A stretch of 57,745 nt of DNA from an uncultured Dehalococcoidaceae bacterium (GCA_964545815.1 CAZJGR010000003.1:1-57745); one strand, 5' to 3'. Positions 27,478 to 37,794 are shown, numbered from the stretch's first letter. Notes: generated by a model not told the origin, from the letters alone. Translations and numbers: made by a program.

Positions 27478-28800
27478 ATGGCCAAGGGACAGAGCAAATC
27501 CAGACTGGCACTATTCCCAGCGACGGCTGAAATTAACGGGAAGAGCCATCTGGTCATTGGTGGCTGCGATACGGTGGCGCTGGCGGAGGAGTTTGGCACG
27601 CCTCTTTATATTTTCGATGAGGCGACGCTGCGTCAGAAGTGCGCCGAATTCAGGGACGAATTTGGCCGGCGCTATCCGGAGACGACGATTGTTTACGCGG
27701 GCAAGGCATTTATCAATCGGGCGCTGGCGCTCCTCTTCAAGAAGGAAGGGCTCGGGCTGGATGTTGTTTCCGGTGGAGAGCTGAGCATCGCCCGTTCCGT
27801 TTATTTCCCGATGGGAAGAATCTATTTCCACGGCAACAACAAGTCGGCCGGGGAACTGGGCATGGCTTTGGAGTTCAAGGTCGGGCGCATTGTCATCGAC
27901 AATTTCCAGGAGCTGGAAATGCTGGCGGAGATAGCCGCTCAGCGCGGTGCCAGACCTGACGTCCTGCTGCGGCTGACACCGGGCGTTGACCCGCACACGC
28001 ACCGGCACATCGCCACCGGCATCGTGGACAGCAAGTTCGGCATCCCGCTGGTCAGTGCTGATGAGGCGGTGGCCAGGGCCATGTCAGTTGCCAGTCTGAA
28101 CTTGGTCGGACTGCATTTTCACCTTGGCTCGCAGATATTCGAAGTCGAGCCGTACCGGGAGGCAATCAGGGTCATTCTTGACCTGGCAGCAGAGATGAAG
28201 TTCAGGCATGGCTTTGAACTCCGGGAGCTTGATATCGGCGGCGGCTTTGCCGTCCAGTATACCGTTGATTCACCGGCACCGCCGGTGTCCGCTTATGCCG
28301 AAATAATCGTGGCCACGGTGAACGAAAAATGCCGGGAACACAATCTTGGCCTTCCCAGGCTGGTCGTCGAGCCGGGCCGGTCCATCGTGGGGCGGGCGGG
28401 GGTGGCGCTGTATAAGGTTGGCGTGGTCAAGGACATACCCGGCATCAGGTGCTACGTATCCGTTGATGGCGGGATGGCGGACAATATCCGCCCGGCTTTA
28501 TATGGTGCCCGGTATGAAGCCGTGGTGGTCAACCGCATGAGCGACCGGAAGACGAAGAAGGTCACCATTGCCGGCCGGTTCTGTGAGTCCGGCGATATCC
28601 TGATCAAGGACATTGACCTTCCCGAAGTCACCGCGGAGGATATACTGGCGGTGCCCGATTGCGGTGCCTACTGTCTGGCGATGGGCAGCAACTACAATGC
28701 CTCGCTGAAACCGGCCATAGTGCTGGTTAACGATGGCCGGGCCCATCTCATCCGGCGACGGGAAACGTATGAAGATTTGCTCCGCTGTGACATGGTGTGA
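27478..28800 (+). CDS. lysA: diaminopimelate decarboxylase
   Basis: 440 aa. ..TPLYIFDE..., YAGKAF (PLP Lys), HFHLGSQI, EPGRSIVG and GRFCESGDIL are LysA/group IV decarboxylase motifs. Confidence 0.92.
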   Translation: MAKGQSKSRLALFPATAEINGKSHLVIGGCDTVALAEEFGTPLYIFDEATLRQKCAEFRDEFGRRYPETTIVYAGKAFINRALALLFKKEGLGLDVVSGGELSIARSVYFPMGRIYFHGNNKSAGELGMALEFKVGRIVIDNFQELEMLAEIAAQRGARPDVLLRLTPGVDPHTHRHIATGIVDSKFGIPLVSADEAVARAMSVASLNLVGLHFHLGSQIFEVEPYREAIRVILDLAAEMKFRHGFELRELDIGGGFAVQYTVDSPAPPVSAYAEIIVATVNEKCREHNLGLPRLVVEPGRSIVGRAGVALYKVGVVKDIPGIRCYVSVDGGMADNIRPALYGARYEAVVVNRMSDRKTKKVTIAGRFCESGDILIKDIDLPEVTAEDILAVPDCGAYCLAMGSNYNASLKPAIVLVNDGRAHLIRRRETYEDLLRCDMV

Positions 28801-28815
28801 AAGGCAGGTTTTGGT

Positions 28816-29868
28816 ATGTGGCAGGTAGTGGGGCAGGATAGGGCAGTCTCAATTCTGCAGCGCGGTCTGGAGCAGGGGACGCTCGCCCACGCTTATATGC
28901 TGGTCGGCCCGGCTCATGTGGGCAAGATGACGCTGGCGCTCAATCTGGCACAGGCCCTGAATTGTGAGTCTCCGGAGCCACCCTGCGGTCAGTGCCAGCC
29001 CTGCCAGAAGGTCGCTTCCGGCAATCATGCCGATGTCCAGGTAATCGGCTTAACCCAGAGTGAGGATGCGGCTGAGGCCAAGCTGATCAGCATTGACCAG
29101 GTACGTGATATGCAGCACTCGGCCAGCCTGCCGCCTTTTGAGGGTAAATGCAAGGTGTTTATCATTGAGGATGCCGAACTGCTGTCAATTGAGGCGGCCA
29201 ACTGCCTGCTCAAAACGCTGGAGGAGCCCACGGGCAAGGTGGTTTTCCTTTTGCTGACCACAAATGAAAAGCTCCTGCCAGAGACGGTGGTCTCGCGCTG
29301 CCAGCGCCTGGAGCTGATGCCGCTTTCCCTTCCCGATATTGAAGAGGCGCTCCAGAAACGCTGGAAAATTGAGCCACAACGGGCAAAACTGCTCGCCCGA
29401 TTGTCCCGGGGGTGTCTGGGCTGGGCAGTTATGGCCGCTTCCGACGACCAGATATTGCCAGCGAGGGCGGAAAAGCTGGAAAATTTATATGGGGTTATCC
29501 GGGCGGACACTGAGGGGCGTTTTCACCAGGCCGCACGGCTGGCGGCCCAGTTTGCGCAGGACAGGTCGGCGGTGCAGGAAGTGCTCGACCTCTGGTTGGG
29601 CTGGTGGCGCGACCTGCTGCTGGTGAAGACAGGTTGCCCGGATTACGTGGCCAATATTGACCAGTTGACTATATTGAATAATATGGCCGGGCATTATACC
29701 ATGGAACAGATAAGAGATTGTCTTGGCAGCATCAGGGCGGCGGAAAGGCAGCTCAGGCAGAACGCCAATCCGCGACTGGTGCTGGAAGTGCTGATGCTTG
29801 ATATGCCCGGTGCCAGGGCCGGCAGTAGTGGAGACCTGGCGGTGAGGGTGAAGGCGACCAATGGCTGA
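28816..29868 (+). CDS. holB: DNA polymerase III subunit delta'
   Basis: ..LAHAYMLVGPAHVGKMTLA..LAQALNCE...PCGQCQPCQKV..GNHADV...KVFIIEDAE.L...AANCLLKTLEEP is the HolB pattern. Confidence 0.9.
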   Translation: MWQVVGQDRAVSILQRGLEQGTLAHAYMLVGPAHVGKMTLALNLAQALNCESPEPPCGQCQPCQKVASGNHADVQVIGLTQSEDAAEAKLISIDQVRDMQHSASLPPFEGKCKVFIIEDAELLSIEAANCLLKTLEEPTGKVVFLLLTTNEKLLPETVVSRCQRLELMPLSLPDIEEALQKRWKIEPQRAKLLARLSRGCLGWAVMAASDDQILPARAEKLENLYGVIRADTEGRFHQAARLAAQFAQDRSAVQEVLDLWLGWWRDLLLVKTGCPDYVANIDQLTILNNMAGHYTMEQIRDCLGSIRAAERQLRQNANPRLVLEVLMLDMPGARAGSSGDLAVRVKATNG

Positions 29869-30658
29869 ACAGATTGTTGGCGTGAGATTCAGGACGGCGG
29901 GCAAGGTCTATTACTTTGACCCGGTGGGCCTGGAACTTGAGGTCAATGACCACGTTATCGTGGAAACGAGCCGTGGCCTGGAACTGGGGAAGGTGGTCAT
30001 TGCGCCGCGACAGGTGCTGGCCAACGAGGTCAGTGAGCCGCTCAAGCCGGTAACGCGCAAGGCCGAGCCTGAGGACGTTTCACGTGCTCAAGAGCTTGAA
30101 GCCAAAGCTGAACAGGCACTCATCGAGTGTGGAAAGATTATCGATGAGCTCCAGCTGCCGATGAAGCTCCTTGCTGCGGATTACAATATTGACGGCAGTC
30201 GCCTCACCTTCCTGTTCAGTGCCGAGCAGAGGGTGGACTTCCGTGAGCTGGTGCGCCGATTGGGCCGACAGCTCAAGGTAAAGGTGGAACTGCGACAGGT
30301 CGGCACCAGGGACGAGGCCAAGCTCATGGGTGGCTTCGGCCGGTGCGGTCGCCCGCTGTGCTGTATGAGCTTTATCACTGAGTTTGACCCGGTTTCCATA
30401 AGGATGGCGAAAGACCAGGACCTGCCGCTGAACCCGATGAAGATATCCGGCGTCTGCGGCCGTCTGATGTGCTGCCTGGGCTATGAGAACGAGCAGTACC
30501 GTGCCATGAAGGAGAAGATGCCCAGGGTGGGCCAGCAGGTATCAACCGCCATGGGTGACGCCACGGTCGTGGGCCATAACCCGCTGAAGGAAACGGTGCT
30601 GGTGCAGCTGGAGAGCGAGGCAACCGTGGAGCTGCCACTCAGCCAGGTATCATACTAG
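29861..30658 (+). CDS. PSP1 domain protein (RicT/YaaT-like)
   Basis: 265 aa. ..VGVRFRTAGKVYYFDP...RPLCCMSFITEFDPVSIRMAKDQDL.LNP.KISGVCGRLMCCL.YE. Overlaps holB by 8 nt, the usual holB-yaaT arrangement. Confidence 0.88.
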   Translation: MAEQIVGVRFRTAGKVYYFDPVGLELEVNDHVIVETSRGLELGKVVIAPRQVLANEVSEPLKPVTRKAEPEDVSRAQELEAKAEQALIECGKIIDELQLPMKLLAADYNIDGSRLTFLFSAEQRVDFRELVRRLGRQLKVKVELRQVGTRDEAKLMGGFGRCGRPLCCMSFITEFDPVSIRMAKDQDLPLNPMKISGVCGRLMCCLGYENEQYRAMKEKMPRVGQQVSTAMGDATVVGHNPLKETVLVQLESEATVELPLSQVSY

Positions 30659-30667
30659 CCGCTATAT

Positions 30668-31174
30668 TCACTGCGGCAGGTACTTTTGCCACTCAAGCCT
30701 GGCCTGGCGGTAGTGGTAAGGGATGCTGAATAAGAGGTTGTCGCCGGGGTAAGCCGGTTTGCGGGTGAGCTTCATCCCGGCTTCCTGCGGGGTTCTTCCT
30801 GCCTTGCGACGGTTGCAGGGCACACAGGCGCTGACCACGTTTTCCCAGGTGTGCTGTCCGCCCCGGTAGCGGGGGATGATGTGGTCAATGGTCAATTGTT
30901 TGGTCTCCCGGCCGCAGTACTGGCAGGTATATTTATCACGGTTGAAGACCTCATAGCGGGTCAGCTTTTTCTGCCGGTAGGGACGTTTCACCATGTAGGC
31001 CAGGCGGATTACGGAAGGAAGCTCAAAGCTATCGCTGACGGTGTGGATAAAGCCAACACCGTTCTCCAGCATCTCCGCCTTGCCCTGGTAAATCAGCACC
31101 ACGGCGCGCTTGGCCCGGCATATGGTGAGCGGTTCATAACTCTGGTTCAGTACCAGAACGGGAACATTTATCAT
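30668..31174 (-). CDS. HNH endonuclease family protein
   Basis: 168 aa. CQYCGR....LTIDHIIPRYRGGQHTWENVVSACVPCNRRKAGRTP is the HNH/McrA-type motif. Confidence 0.88.
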   Translation of the reverse strand: MINVPVLVLNQSYEPLTICRAKRAVVLIYQGKAEMLENGVGFIHTVSDSFELPSVIRLAYMVKRPYRQKKLTRYEVFNRDKYTCQYCGRETKQLTIDHIIPRYRGGQHTWENVVSACVPCNRRKAGRTPQEAGMKLTRKPAYPGDNLLFSIPYHYRQARLEWQKYLPQ

Positions 31175-31298
31175 CTTCTGGCTTTCTTTCTTTCCGAGAT
31201 TACTTCATTTTACTAGAAAAGCCCAAGCAGAAGCAAACAAATCAATTTTTTTGACAAAAGCCTTGGGTTTGGCCATTCCAACTTCCTTACCAGAGAGT

Positions 31299-32438
31299 CT
31301 ATTTTTTAGTCTGGCTGGCGACAAAGCGCATGGCACATTCGGCGGCATTGGCCAGCAGTTTCTTCGCCTGGGCCATGGACTGCTCAAGCGTGATGGGTCC
31401 CGGGGCGATGCTCATCACGGCATCGATTCCCTGGTCAAAGACCACGCGGCAATCGTCGGCCACCTCACCCGCCAGCGCGATGACGGTCGCGCCGAATTTC
31501 TTGGCGGCCATGGCCACGCCGGTGGGCACCTTGCCCATCGCCGACTGGCAGTCAATGCGGCCCTCGGCGGTAAAGACAAGCTGGGCACCTTTTAAATCAG
31601 CCACCAGATTGGTTGCCCGGATGACAACATCGATGCCGGGCACCATCCTGGCTTTCAGGAAGACCATCAGCCCCAGCCCCAATCCGCCGGCCGCCCCCGC
31701 CCCGGGCACGTCCCTGAGGTCGATATCAAGGTCTCTTTTAATTACGTCAGCGTAATGCGAGAGCGCGGCATCAAGCTGCTTCACCATCTCGGGGGTGGCG
31801 CCTTTCTGCGGGCCATAGATGGCAGATGCGCCTCGAGGTCCGCACAGCGGGTTGTTGACATCGGAAGCGAGCGTCACTTTAAAGTCAGCCAGCCGCCGGT
31901 CCATGGCGGAAATATCGATGCGAGACAGCCTGGCCAGCGCGGCACCGCCGAAGGGGAGTTCCTTGTCATCAGCGTCGAGGAGCCTGGCACCGAGTGCCTG
32001 CGCCATGCCGGCACCGCCGTCATTGGTGGCACTGCCCCCGATGCCGATAATCAGCTTTCGGCAGCCGTGGTCAAGCGCGGCGCGAATGAGCTCACCGGTA
32101 CCGTAGGTGGTGGTAATCAGCGGATTGCGCTTCTCCGGGGGCACCAGCGGCAGACCGGAGGCAGAGGCCATCTCAATCACGGCGGTGGTCTTATCGTTCA
32201 GGATTCCCCAGCGGGCGTTCACCCGTTCCCGCAGCGGTCCGGTGACCTCGGTGGCCATCATTTCGCCGCCGGTGGCATCGACCAGTGCCTGTACCGTGCC
32301 CTCACCGCCATCGGCCATTGGCTTTAATACCGTTTCCGCATCCGGCACGATGCGCTTTACCCCTTCCTCAATGGCCCGCGCTGCTTCCAGAGCGGTGAGG
32401 TTGCCTTTAAATCCTTGGGGGGCAATGACTATCTTCAT
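31299..32438 (-). CDS. glycerate kinase (GlxK/GarK class I family)
   Basis: 379 aa. MKIVIAPQGFKGNLTALEAARAIEEG...MADGGEGT......GSATNDGGAGM.QALG. Confidence 0.9.
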   Translation of the reverse strand: MKIVIAPQGFKGNLTALEAARAIEEGVKRIVPDAETVLKPMADGGEGTVQALVDATGGEMMATEVTGPLRERVNARWGILNDKTTAVIEMASASGLPLVPPEKRNPLITTTYGTGELIRAALDHGCRKLIIGIGGSATNDGGAGMAQALGARLLDADDKELPFGGAALARLSRIDISAMDRRLADFKVTLASDVNNPLCGPRGASAIYGPQKGATPEMVKQLDAALSHYADVIKRDLDIDLRDVPGAGAAGGLGLGLMVFLKARMVPGIDVVIRATNLVADLKGAQLVFTAEGRIDCQSAMGKVPTGVAMAAKKFGATVIALAGEVADDCRVVFDQGIDAVMSIAPGPITLEQSMAQAKKLLANAAECAMRFVASQTKK

Positions 32439-32472
32439 GGCATCGCTCCATCAGAGAAAGGCTGGCGTTTTT

Positions 32473-33747
32473 TCACCCATTGCCTCTGGCATTCCGGTAG
32501 GCTTCGTCAAGCAGTTCCACGATTTCGAGGACAGATACCGGCAGCTTCTGCTGGCCCACGCCGCAGGAAAGCTGCATAATGCAGGCAGGGCAGCTTGTAA
32601 CTAAAGTATCAGCGCCGGTCTTGGCAACGTTGCCCATCTTTCGCTCCAGCACCTTCTGGGATAAGTCATAGTTCTTGAAGGCGTAGCTCCCTGCGGCACC
32701 ACAGCACATATCCGCCTCACCCATCTCCACAAACTCAACGCCCGGGATGCTTTTCAGTATGGTGCGAGGCTGGTTCTTTATTTTCTGGTAGTGGGCGAGA
32801 TGGCAGGGGTCGTGGAAGGTAACTTTTCTTTTGAGCTCGCCCATTTCGGTGTTCAGGCCGATGCCAACCAGGAATTCGCTGATGTCCCTGGCTTTGCCGG
32901 CAAATTCCTTTGCCTTCTCCGCCCATTCTGGGTCGTCAGCCAGCAGCTTGGCGTAGTCTTTCAGGAAGGAACTGCAGCTGGCACAGGGCGTAACGATGGC
33001 GTCCACCTTGAGCTTGCTGGCCATCTCTATGTTTTTCTTGGCCAGGTTCCTGGCCGATTCCATATCGCCATAGCCGGCGGCGGGCAGGCCGCAGCAGACA
33101 AAGTCGGGCACGGCCACTTCCACCTGGTTTTTATTGAGCACACGAATCGTGGCGGCGGCTCTTTCCGGCGCGAGGTTGGGGGCGTAGCAGCCCACGAAAT
33201 AGGCCACGCCATATTTAGGCTTATCTATCTTTTTCACCAGGCGCTTTATGGCTTCCAGCCCTTCGCTGGCGGGCACTCTCGGCACCATGGCCTCTGCCTT
33301 GCCGGCGTCTCCTGCCAGTCTGGTCAGGCCGGTCTTCCTCGCCAGAGTACGCAGGCCGGTGACATCGGCCAGCCTGAGGAGCCGTGAAGCCCTGTGGAGC
33401 AGTTCCGGGTTGGGCAGCAATTTCTGGAACAGCAGGCGCTGTAGCCAGGAGCCTCCTTTCTGCCTGAGCAGCTCCTGCCTGGCCCTGAAGATAATGTCTC
33501 CGGTGGGCACCGCAGGTGGGCAGTGCTCCGTGCAACCGTTGCAGGTCAGGCAGTTGAATATGGGGTCATTCAGGTCAGCCAGCGCCAATCTTTTATCAAG
33601 AAGGGCGCTGCGGAGCAGGGCCACGCGCCCTCTGGCGTTGGTCCATTCTATTCCGGTAACTTTGTAGATGGGGCAGCCCGCCAGACAGAGCCCGCACTTG
33701 TTGCAAAGCTGTAATGTTTTCTCTAATTCCTCAGCCACGGTTGGCAT
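32473..33747 (-). CDS. (Fe-S)-binding subunit of a glycolate/D-lactate oxidase-type complex (GlcF-like)
   Basis: 424 aa. CNKCGLCLAGCP and CLTCNGCTEHCP (2x[4Fe-4S]) plus two CCG-type Cys-rich domains (..YFVGCY.., ..FHDPCHL..). Confidence 0.85.
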   Translation of the reverse strand: MPTVAEELEKTLQLCNKCGLCLAGCPIYKVTGIEWTNARGRVALLRSALLDKRLALADLNDPIFNCLTCNGCTEHCPPAVPTGDIIFRARQELLRQKGGSWLQRLLFQKLLPNPELLHRASRLLRLADVTGLRTLARKTGLTRLAGDAGKAEAMVPRVPASEGLEAIKRLVKKIDKPKYGVAYFVGCYAPNLAPERAAATIRVLNKNQVEVAVPDFVCCGLPAAGYGDMESARNLAKKNIEMASKLKVDAIVTPCASCSSFLKDYAKLLADDPEWAEKAKEFAGKARDISEFLVGIGLNTEMGELKRKVTFHDPCHLAHYQKIKNQPRTILKSIPGVEFVEMGEADMCCGAAGSYAFKNYDLSQKVLERKMGNVAKTGADTLVTSCPACIMQLSCGVGQQKLPVSVLEIVELLDEAYRNARGNG

Positions 33748-33749
33748 AA

Positions 33750-35114
33750 TCAGTATAGACCTCCTGCCAGTCGACCCGGGTTCAGGATGTTATTCGGGTC
33801 GAACTCAGTTTTCAGTCGTCTCATTAATGGGTAGTCATTGCGTGGCGGCAGCATATCCGCTTCTTTGCGGAACGAAAGCGGCGCCGATTCGATGAGGAAG
33901 AACCCGCCCAGACTGGCCGCCGCCTGCTTCAGTTCGTCGGCGATGCGAACCAGTTTCCCGGACTCGTCGGACAGGTAAGTATAGAGGATTCCGTTGCCGC
34001 AGTGGGCCGTCACGCCAATTGCCACGCCCTGGCGGGCGCTGATTTTCTTTACCTGTTGTGCCATATCTCCCAGCTTGCTGATGGGCACCGAGGCCTTGCC
34101 CTGAAGAGCTGATGGGCTGGCACCGAGCATTGCCTCGTGGATACCACGATACGCCGCCCAGGCACGAGAGGCTTTTTCGCCTTCAAGGATAATCGTGGCC
34201 TTCGCCTTATTTGCCTCCGCCAGAGTTTTTATCTCCTTCTGATGACGCATCACATCGTCCTTGACTCCTTCGGAGTTGGCGATTAAAAGCACCTCACCGT
34301 TATTTAGGCTTGAGCCTATGGCTTCGGCCACTTCAACGCCGGCGACGGCATCAACCAGCTCAATGGCGCTGGGGTTCAATGGTGAATTCAGGAGCTGGCC
34401 GACCATGCGGAAAGCGTCTTCAGGGTCAGGGAAAGTGATATAGAGGCCTGTGCTTGCTTCCGGCAGAGGGAAAAGTCTCAGCACGGCCTCGGTGATGACG
34501 CCCAGGGTGCCCCACGAGCCAATATACATCCGGCACAGGTCAAAGCCGGCCACGTTCTTCATCGTCTTCCCGCCGGTATGTGTGATGTCGCCGGTCGGGG
34601 TGACCGCCGTGACCCCGAGAACAAGGTCGCGAATCAATCCGTACATAATCCTTCGCGGCCCGTTGGCACTGGCGGCGATTTCCCCGCCGATGGTCGAACG
34701 CTCCGCATAGAGCGGGTCGACGGGGAAAAAGAGGTTCTTCTCCGCCAGTTGCTTCTGCAGCTCGCCGTTGACTATGCCTGCCTGTACCTGGACGGTGAAA
34801 TTGCTGGCATCAAGCTCGATAATCTGGTTCATATTTTTCAGGCAGAGCACGGTTTCGGCCGCTTCCAGGCATGGGCCGACCTGCTGCTTGGAGCCGCCCC
34901 CCCACGGGACGATTGTTACCCGGGATTCATTAGCTTCCCTGATGATACTGGCTATCTGCTTATTTGAAGCTGGGCAGACGATGGCTTGGGGAGTGAACCC
35001 GTCAGCGGTAAAGGGCGCGGTTGCCTTTTCGCCGGTCAGCACATTCTCAGCGCCAGCGATTTTGCCGAGCTTCTGATAGAAAGCCTGCTTCTCCGGTGGA
35101 ACGGTCTTATTCAT
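33750..35114 (-). CDS. FAD-binding oxidase, GlcD/GlcE family (second FAD subunit)
   Basis: 454 aa. FAD_binding_4-type N-terminus (..IVCPASNKQIASIIREANESRVTIVPWGGGS..) and a C-terminal ..FDPNNILNPG. Longer than canonical GlcE, so it is named by family only. Confidence 0.8.
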   Translation of the reverse strand: MNKTVPPEKQAFYQKLGKIAGAENVLTGEKATAPFTADGFTPQAIVCPASNKQIASIIREANESRVTIVPWGGGSKQQVGPCLEAAETVLCLKNMNQIIELDASNFTVQVQAGIVNGELQKQLAEKNLFFPVDPLYAERSTIGGEIAASANGPRRIMYGLIRDLVLGVTAVTPTGDITHTGGKTMKNVAGFDLCRMYIGSWGTLGVITEAVLRLFPLPEASTGLYITFPDPEDAFRMVGQLLNSPLNPSAIELVDAVAGVEVAEAIGSSLNNGEVLLIANSEGVKDDVMRHQKEIKTLAEANKAKATIILEGEKASRAWAAYRGIHEAMLGASPSALQGKASVPISKLGDMAQQVKKISARQGVAIGVTAHCGNGILYTYLSDESGKLVRIADELKQAAASLGGFFLIESAPLSFRKEADMLPPRNDYPLMRRLKTEFDPNNILNPGRLAGGLY

Positions 35115-36565
35115 TCCTGTGCTGCCCCTTCCTTCGCTGGCAGTGGTGCTTCTTTCTCCGGTGGGAACATCTTCCCCGGGTTAAAGATATCATCGGGGTC
35201 AAAGACATGCTTCACCTGGCGCATGGCGGCGATGTCCGCCGAGTCAAACATGGAATGCATGGCGTCTATCTTCTCCAGACCGATGCCGTGCTCGCCGGAT
35301 ATGGTACCGCCCATAGCGACGCAGGCATCAAGGATAATTGCGCCGGCTTTTTTAGCCGCTTTACGTTCCTCCGGGTTATTAACGTCAAAAAGAATCAGAG
35401 GGTGAAGGTTACCGTCGCCAGCGTGGGCCACATTGACGATGAGCACTTTATTTTTCTCCGCAATCTCGCCTACCTTGCGGAGGGCTTCGGGCAGCTTATT
35501 CCTGGGGACAGTGCCATCGCATACGATGTAAGGAGGGCAGATTCTGGCCACCGACCCGAAAGCCCCCCGGCGGCCTTTCCATAGTGCATCGCGTTCGGCA
35601 TTGGTCTGAGCAATGCGCAGTTCACGCACTTTGTCTTTCTGGCAGATCTGTGATATCTCCCGGACCTGCTTTTCCAGTGTATCGGCCAGCCCGGCGACTT
35701 CAATCAGGAGGATGCCGGCGGCATCGGTGGGGTAGCCGGCGCTCACACTCTGCTCAATTACCTGGCACATTTTCTGGTCGAGAAGCTCCATGGCTCCGGG
35801 AATGATGCCGGCGCTGATGATATCAGAGACCGCCTGACCGCTGTCTTCAAGATGGTTGAAGATGGCCAGCATGGTCTGTGATGCTTCCGGTTTGGGAATG
35901 ATATGCAGCACTAACTTGGTGGCCACGCCCAGCATTCCCTCGGAACCAATAAACGGGCCTCTCAAATCGTAGCCCGGGAAATCTTCAACATAGTCGCCGA
36001 CATTGACCACCTCGCCATCGGCCAGAACGATTTCTATGCCGCATACGTATTTGGAAGTTACCCCGTAACGGAGACACATTGGTCCACCGGCGTTCTCACC
36101 GATGTTGCCGCCCAGTGTGGAGCTTTTCTGGCTGGCCGGGTCCGGCGGATAGAAATAACCGAGCGGCGCTAGGGCATTCTGCAAGTCGAGGTTGACCACC
36201 CCGGGCTCAACCACTGCCCTCCGGTTGGCCGTATTTATCTCAAGAATCCGGTTCATACGACTGGTCTCCAGAACGATTCCGCCTTTGACCGGGATGGTGC
36301 CGCCGGACAGGTTCGTGCCCGCCCCTCGGGGCACTACCGGTATCTTTTCCCGATGGGCCAGCTTCATTATCGCTGAGACTTCTTTTGTGCTGTGCGGAAA
36401 GACAATGACATCCGGCAGCTCCTGCCTCATCGTGGCGTCGTAGGAATAGGAAATCAGGTCTTTCAGGTCGGCCAGTACATTTTCTCGACCAACTATCCTG
36501 GTCAAATCTTTGATAAGGCTCCGCGCAATCAAATTGAGTTTCTCCTTCCCGTACACTCTATTCAA
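35111..36565 (-). CDS. glcD: FAD-linked oxidase, glycolate oxidase subunit GlcD / D-lactate dehydrogenase-like
   Basis: 484 aa. ..VVFPHSTKEVSAIMKLAHREKIPVVPRGAGTNLSGG......GTISGEHGIGLEK.......K..FDPD.IFNPGK. Confidence 0.85.
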   Translation of the reverse strand: MNRVYGKEKLNLIARSLIKDLTRIVGRENVLADLKDLISYSYDATMRQELPDVIVFPHSTKEVSAIMKLAHREKIPVVPRGAGTNLSGGTIPVKGGIVLETSRMNRILEINTANRRAVVEPGVVNLDLQNALAPLGYFYPPDPASQKSSTLGGNIGENAGGPMCLRYGVTSKYVCGIEIVLADGEVVNVGDYVEDFPGYDLRGPFIGSEGMLGVATKLVLHIIPKPEASQTMLAIFNHLEDSGQAVSDIISAGIIPGAMELLDQKMCQVIEQSVSAGYPTDAAGILLIEVAGLADTLEKQVREISQICQKDKVRELRIAQTNAERDALWKGRRGAFGSVARICPPYIVCDGTVPRNKLPEALRKVGEIAEKNKVLIVNVAHAGDGNLHPLILFDVNNPEERKAAKKAGAIILDACVAMGGTISGEHGIGLEKIDAMHSMFDSADIAAMRQVKHVFDPDDIFNPGKMFPPEKEAPLPAKEGAAQE

Positions 36566-36616
36566 TGAAACAAGCGGTAATGCTGTGGCTTGGCGTTATC
36601 GCCCTGAGTCATTTAG

Positions 36617-37513
36617 CTATAATCTGGCCCATGCCTCCATAAGGGTGCGTTTGGCATTGGCCACCACCACGTCTGGGCTTTGCCCGGCCAGCGGCTTGAC
36701 CTCGAAGGCAACCACGTTCTGTTTTCCCTCGCCAATATACCCTATTTCCATCAGGGCTTTTAAGAACAGCCTTACTTCTTCCACATCGTTTTCACCGACG
36801 GCGAGCCCAAACGGGGGGTGTTTGTCTCCGTAGGCAGGGTGGCTTTTATCTTTCAGTATGCAGCTGCCGATGTGTACGTGTGTCAGGTAGTCCCTGGCCG
36901 TTTTAACGGCGTAGTCAGGCGTCTCTTTAAGCAGCGGCAGGTGGCTCAGGTCAATCATCAGGCCGAAGTTTGGATAGCGGCGTTTCACCTCCCTAGCTAC
37001 CTGAACCGCTTCTCCCGTGGGTCCAATGAGGCATTTCTTATCGTAATCCCGGTCAAATATCTCCATGGTGATGCCGAGGTTGCCCTTGGTCTGCGCGTAG
37101 CTGCAAATCTGCGAAAGCGAGTCGACCAGCAGTTCTTTTGCCTGGCGGTATTTCTCCTTGGCTGGTGCCGGACCGCTGAGCACGGCAAGCTTCCTGGCAC
37201 CTATCATATATGCCTCATCGATGCCAGCTTTAATTATGGAGATGGCGGCCTCCCGCTGCTGTGGTATCAGACTGTTGAGGTCAAGTTTGTTATTCAGAAG
37301 CAGCGGCTGGCCAACATAACCGATAAGGAGGTGGCTTGCCCCGAGTATCTGCGTTACCTCATCCCGAATCTCCTCTGGAATTGAGGTAATCTCGATAGCG
37401 CTGAAGAAGGCGTCCTCGGCAATCTTTCTGATGGACTCAACCGTATCCATCTCCGGATAGGCCATCAGCTGTACGATGCCGACCTTCATATAAGAATGCA
37501 GGTTTTCTCTCAT
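36617..37513 (-). CDS. xylose-isomerase-like TIM-barrel protein (sugar phosphate isomerase/epimerase family)
   Basis: 298 aa. The pattern ..ARKLAVLSG..., ..GITMEIF.., ..GLMIDLSHL.., ..THVHIG.. gives the E/D/H/E-type metal ligand spacing of the AP_endonuc_2 family. Specific activity unknown. Confidence 0.7.
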   Translation of the reverse strand: MRENLHSYMKVGIVQLMAYPEMDTVESIRKIAEDAFFSAIEITSIPEEIRDEVTQILGASHLLIGYVGQPLLLNNKLDLNSLIPQQREAAISIIKAGIDEAYMIGARKLAVLSGPAPAKEKYRQAKELLVDSLSQICSYAQTKGNLGITMEIFDRDYDKKCLIGPTGEAVQVAREVKRRYPNFGLMIDLSHLPLLKETPDYAVKTARDYLTHVHIGSCILKDKSHPAYGDKHPPFGLAVGENDVEEVRLFLKALMEIGYIGEGKQNVVAFEVKPLAGQSPDVVVANAKRTLMEAWARL

Positions 37514-37515
37514 GG

Positions 37516-37713
37516 CTATAACTCCTTTCGGAAATTCGCTGGAATGAAGTGCGGGTTGGTGCTTGGGTAAACTGTGACCGGGGGCGCTATTGCGGCGGGC
37601 TTTCTGAAAGTACGGCTATTCGGTTCAATTTTTCTTTTAAGGGTATCAAAGTTGACTGAAATACCATTTTCCGATTTCTGTACGGTGGCCTCGGTTTCTG
37701 GTATTCTGCTCAT
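37516..37713 (-). CDS. small hypothetical protein (65 aa)
   Basis: The ORF ends 2 nt upstream of the TIM-barrel gene start, inside a co-directional operon. No family recognised; low-complexity and Pro-rich in its second half. Confidence 0.4.
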   Translation of the reverse strand: MSRIPETEATVQKSENGISVNFDTLKRKIEPNSRTFRKPAAIAPPVTVYPSTNPHFIPANFRKEL

Positions 37714-37794
37714 ACGTTACCTCTGTGTAACTGCAGCAATGGGGGCGCTCACCTCAAATATAACATAGCACCTATATGGCGTCAAGGAAAACGC

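Noticed and set aside
30668-31174. HNH endonuclease as part of a restriction-modification or homing system.
   Set aside because: There is no adjacent methyltransferase, intron/intein context or compositional anomaly. This ~170-aa stand-alone HNH type looks like a conserved housekeeping-type gene. I report it only as a CDS.
33750-35114. Naming the middle FAD protein as canonical GlcE.
   Set aside because: At 454 aa it is the size of a GlcD paralog, not the size I recall for E. coli GlcE. I kept it at family level.
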